DNA from: Octopus sinensis
Taxonomy: Eukaryota
Reading direction: 5' to 3'
Assembly (NCBI RefSeq): GCF_006345805.1
Contig: NW_021827707.1
Span: forward strand, 1 to 9,993
Length of the DNA: 9,993 nt
The translations under genes and the position numbers were made by a program. Numbering within the stretch: the first letter of the stretch is position 1; the number at the start of each line of letters is the position of its first letter. The notes under the pieces were generated by a model. It had not been told where the DNA came from and did not search any database. It worked only from the letters and a program-made list of their open reading frames with translations. This document shows positions 7,038-9,993 of the stretch, piece after piece.

Positions 7038-7112
7038 TAATTTTACTCTGCTATGTATTGAGTACCTTATTTACTGTGGTTAACCCGAATCAACCCGGGA
7101 CCTACAATCATA
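6979..7112 (+). mobile_element. Probable PLE pLTR fragment with 3' part of a hammerhead and AATAAA
   Basis: Starts AAGA TTTC TCTT GAAT GAAAC AGT T, resembling core positions 6-9, stem II, GAAA and a short stem III. AATAAA lies at 7031-7036 and the segment ends in (TA)n. Confidence 0.4.
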
Positions 7113-7326
7113 TATTATATCTATATATATATATATATAATATAATATATAAATAATATAACAATTTATTTATAATATATCCTTGTATTGATCTTGTGTA
7201 AAGACTAGTTTCGCATGTCTATCGAACACTGGAATATTCCCTACTGTAGAATAACATGTGCCAGCCGAACATCTGCAGAAGAGCTCTTAAATGCACGTTA
7301 CGGGGTATTTAATCGAATTATACTAA

Positions 7327-7357
<31 letters not shown>

Positions 7358-7435
7358 CATACATGTATATACATTGTTATATTTCGGAATGGTCATATTG
7401 CCAGTTTAGCCAATAAATCTTGCAAACAAATATTT

Positions 7436-7550
7436 AAACATATATTACATACATATATATATTATATATATATCTAATATATATATATATATATATATAG
7501 TATATATATATACACATATATACATAATAATTATATTATTATATATATAT

Positions 7551-7603
<53 letters not shown>

Positions 7604-7720
7604 CATATATATGCATATGTGTATGCATATAGATATATATATATAGTCTATATGTATATATATATACACATACATATATAATATATAATAATATATACAT
7701 ATATATATATATCTATCCAT

Positions 7721-7763
<43 letters not shown>

Positions 7764-7830
7764 CATAACTCTCTCTCTCTCTATGCATGTACCTATCGAT
7801 CTATCAATCTATCTATCTATCTATCTATCA

Positions 7831-7904
<74 letters not shown>

Positions 7905-7916
7905 TTATCTATCTAA
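7436..7916. repeat. Compound (TA)n, (CT)n and (TCTA)n microsatellite field
   Basis: TA field 7436-7760, CT run ~7769-7782, TCTA tetramer array ~7792-7916. Confidence 0.95.
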
Positions 7917-8074
7917 GTATCTGTCTATCTAACTTTCTGTGCGTATCTATTTGTTATTGATTTTGATCTATTGATCATTTTCGTGTGAAGATCGAACATG
8001 AGAAATTCGGCGCAGTTTTCTTATTCTTTGTAAAAACTCACAATCTTTTTCATTGTAGCATACATATCTGTAAT

Positions 8075-8096
8075 ATACACCCATATATGGGTGTAT
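8075..8096. repeat. 22-bp perfect palindrome
   Basis: ATACACCCATATATGGGTGTAT. Confidence 0.9.
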
Positions 8097-8454
8097 GTTA
8101 TAATCTGGGTACACAGCCACGTGAAGTAGAACTCCATGTAAAATGCAGACACTATACATTTATGTTTATTTCATAATGGAAATCATAGTGCATTATAATA
8201 TCTTCTCTGCGGTTCATCTCCCTCTATGTATAAATCGACAAAGCCATCCTGCTGAACTAATAAGTATACATCATCGTTTCACACACACATATACATACAC
8301 ACACAGAAACGCACGCGTACATACACACACAGGCAAAAAAATACAGACACACATACACACATACATATATCCATTATACATACATGCATGCATAAATGCA
8401 TACATGTATACTTATAATTATATTTATATATACATATATACAGTAGAGCCTATA

Positions 8455-8616
8455 GACGCAGGAGTGGCTGTGTGGTAAGTAGCTAGCTTCCCAACCACGT
8501 GGTTCCGGGTTCAGTCCCCTGCGTGGCACCTTGGGCAAGTGTCTTCTACTATAGCCTCGAGGCGACCACAACCTTGTGAGTGGATTTGGTAGACGGAAAC
8601 TGAAAGAAGCCCGTCG
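8455..8616 (+). mobile_element. tRNA-derived SINE head, same family as 4471-4622
   Basis: A-box TGGCTGTGTGG (8465-8475), B-box GGTTCAGTCC (8508-8517) and CTTGGGCAAGTGTCTT core-like motif, followed by (TA)(TG)(TATC) microsatellites. Confidence 0.9.
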
Positions 8617-8647
<31 letters not shown>

Positions 8648-8672
8648 ATATATGTCTGTATATCTATATCCA

Positions 8673-8727
<55 letters not shown>

Positions 8728-8752
8728 ATGTATATATTTATGTATGTATGTA

Positions 8753-9136
8753 TCTGGCCACTGGTGGTGGTGTAACACACCATACTAATCATATCTATCG
8801 GGCATGTGGAAGAGGGTGTAATTCGGCAGAAGGACTTAAACGACATGCAAAGGTACATGAAGCCCAGTTACAACTACAGCCGACTATTACCAGTAAAGGT
8901 TTTAGTTGCCAATTTTGTATAAGACATTGTAGATCTTTAGCTGGGCTAAATGGTCACATTCGATCACAGCACCAGTAACAGTTAAGCTTCGTGCAATGGC
9001 CATACTCGATAACGAGGGGGCAGCCATAATGTATGTATGTATGTATGTATGTATGTATGTATGTATGTATGTATGTATGTATGTATGTATGTATGTATGT
9101 ATGTATGCATTAATGTATGCATGTATGTATGTATGT
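8753..9136 (+). mobile_element. 5'-truncated RTE-type non-LTR retrotransposon 3' end
   Basis: The ORF end encodes Y-x2-C-x12-H-x3-H (8796 on) and C-x2-C-x12-H-x4-H (CQFCIRHCRSLAGLNGHIRSQH), with a stop at 8976-8978. A 3' stem-loop follows (ATGGC..CTCG ATAA CGAG..GCCAT, 8996-9027), then an (ATGT)n tail at 9029-9136. The CxxCxRxCxSxxGLxxH finger and short-tandem tail are typical of the RTE clade. Confidence 0.75.
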
Positions 9137-9278
9137 GTAACTTACTGTTATAACTTGTTTGAAAGTGCTCAGATAAAATGCTTTGAAGTTAGCTTTTACA
9201 CCTTGTAGTATTGGCAGGAACAAAAGATTTGTATTTGAAGTAAGGCGAGGTGGGACGATATAATTTGCTCCTTCATTA

Positions 9279-9993
9279 TCAGAAAGGGTGTCTTGGGAGT
9301 AAGACTTTAGATATATTATGCCAGGCAGAACAAAAAGAATCTTTGTAAACCTCCCTTTGAAAGGCTCTTTGTCCTACATGCCTTCGTATTTGAATGCCAA
9401 AATCAGAGGTCAATTAAACTGCGTAATTCTAGAAAACACTTGAATTTTCAGAATGATTCACTAGTAACGATTTAATTTCATAAAACAAACGGCATTCCTT
9501 CCAGAACAAGCATCAAACAACTTTTGGAAACTTTAATTCCTGATACTGATAATTGATGAGTCTCTAGAAAGATGAATTTTCATCAGCACTGTCTGTTTGC
9601 TCTTGTGTGTAGTCCTCTGTAGCAATAATTGTGTTTCGGAAGTTCAGGATAATTAATAGCAATTTCTGTATCAAACTGGCAACCTCATCAGTCATTCCTT
9701 ATGTTGTACAAATTCAAGCACTTCCTTCAAACCAGCCTTTACAAGCCAGGAAAGATATTTTTTCATAAAGATGCAACAAACTGTCCTACAAACCTTTTTA
9801 AAGATTTTCTATCCTGCTGATCGGCACAATTTTTTAGTCAGTTTCTCGATTCATACATCCAAGAGCCATTCCATTTAAGCATCTTCAAAAATATAAGGAC
9901 CCGAACAGTTAATGGAATGACTTCATGAAATCCCAATAATTTTCTCTCAAGTACCATATTTGCCAGTGCATAGGACGCATTCACGCATGTTTC
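9279..9993 (-). pseudogene. Possible decayed coding sequence of unknown family
   Basis: A microsatellite-free block. One - frame (9695-9279) runs 139 codons with 4 internal stops (MTDEVASLIQKLLLIILNFRNT...IQIRRHVGQRAFQREVYKDSFCSAWHNISKVLLPRHPF), and other partly open frames continue to the window edge. I recognised no motif. Confidence 0.25.

Noticed and set aside
7272-7300. CTGCAGA-AGAGCTCTT...ACGT resembling the family 2 ribozyme
   Set aside because: The 3' strand of stem II and GAAA are missing; AAGAGCTCTT is only a short palindrome.
8455-8530. Possible tRNA gene
   Set aside because: A and B boxes are present, but I see no acceptor-stem closure. The sequence continues into a SINE body and has a second copy in the window.
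8640-8978. Host C2H2 zinc-finger gene (ORF 8640..8978)
   Set aside because: The N-terminal half is microsatellite, there is no TGEKP linker or clear acceptor, and a stem-loop and tandem tail follow. A LINE 3' end fits better.
9553-9692. TTGATGA/GAAA on + (9553-9570) and CTGATGA on - (near 9586 and 9691)
   Set aside because: Stems II and III do not form in register and U16.1 is absent; these are chance matches.
1-9993. CRISPR array, prokaryotic operon or defence system
   Set aside because: There are no regularly spaced repeats with unique spacers and no gene-dense coding; all features are eukaryotic repeats.

Overview
AT-rich, microsatellite-dense eukaryotic intronic or intergenic DNA. It is probably Octopus or another coleoid cephalopod, an inference from recognising the SINE family rather than from a search. 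No intact host gene is present, and nearly all ORF-track entries are microsatellite artefacts. The window is a mosaic of decayed mobile elements. (1) A 5'-truncated Penelope-like element (PLE, - strand, ~2040-2520) carries the C-terminal half of a GIY-YIG endonuclease and a minimal type I hammerhead ribozyme (HHR) with an intact core (2088-2129). (2) Three copies of a second pLTR-like repeat each carry a minimal HHR with a shared non-canonical A6U core. (3) There are further partial HHR-like motifs and long perfect palindromes at element ends. (4) There are two tRNA-headed SINEs, a DD37D (maT) Tc1/mariner remnant, an RTE-type LINE 3' end with two C2H2 fingers and an (ATGT)n tail, and a candidate MITE. 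(5) A canonical 67-nt GT-AG intron signature and a possible decayed coding region at the right end complete the picture. PLE-associated dimeric hammerheads are an established phenomenon. The potentially new parts are the A6U variant family, the possible two-HHR excisable unit and the core-less hammerhead-like junction.
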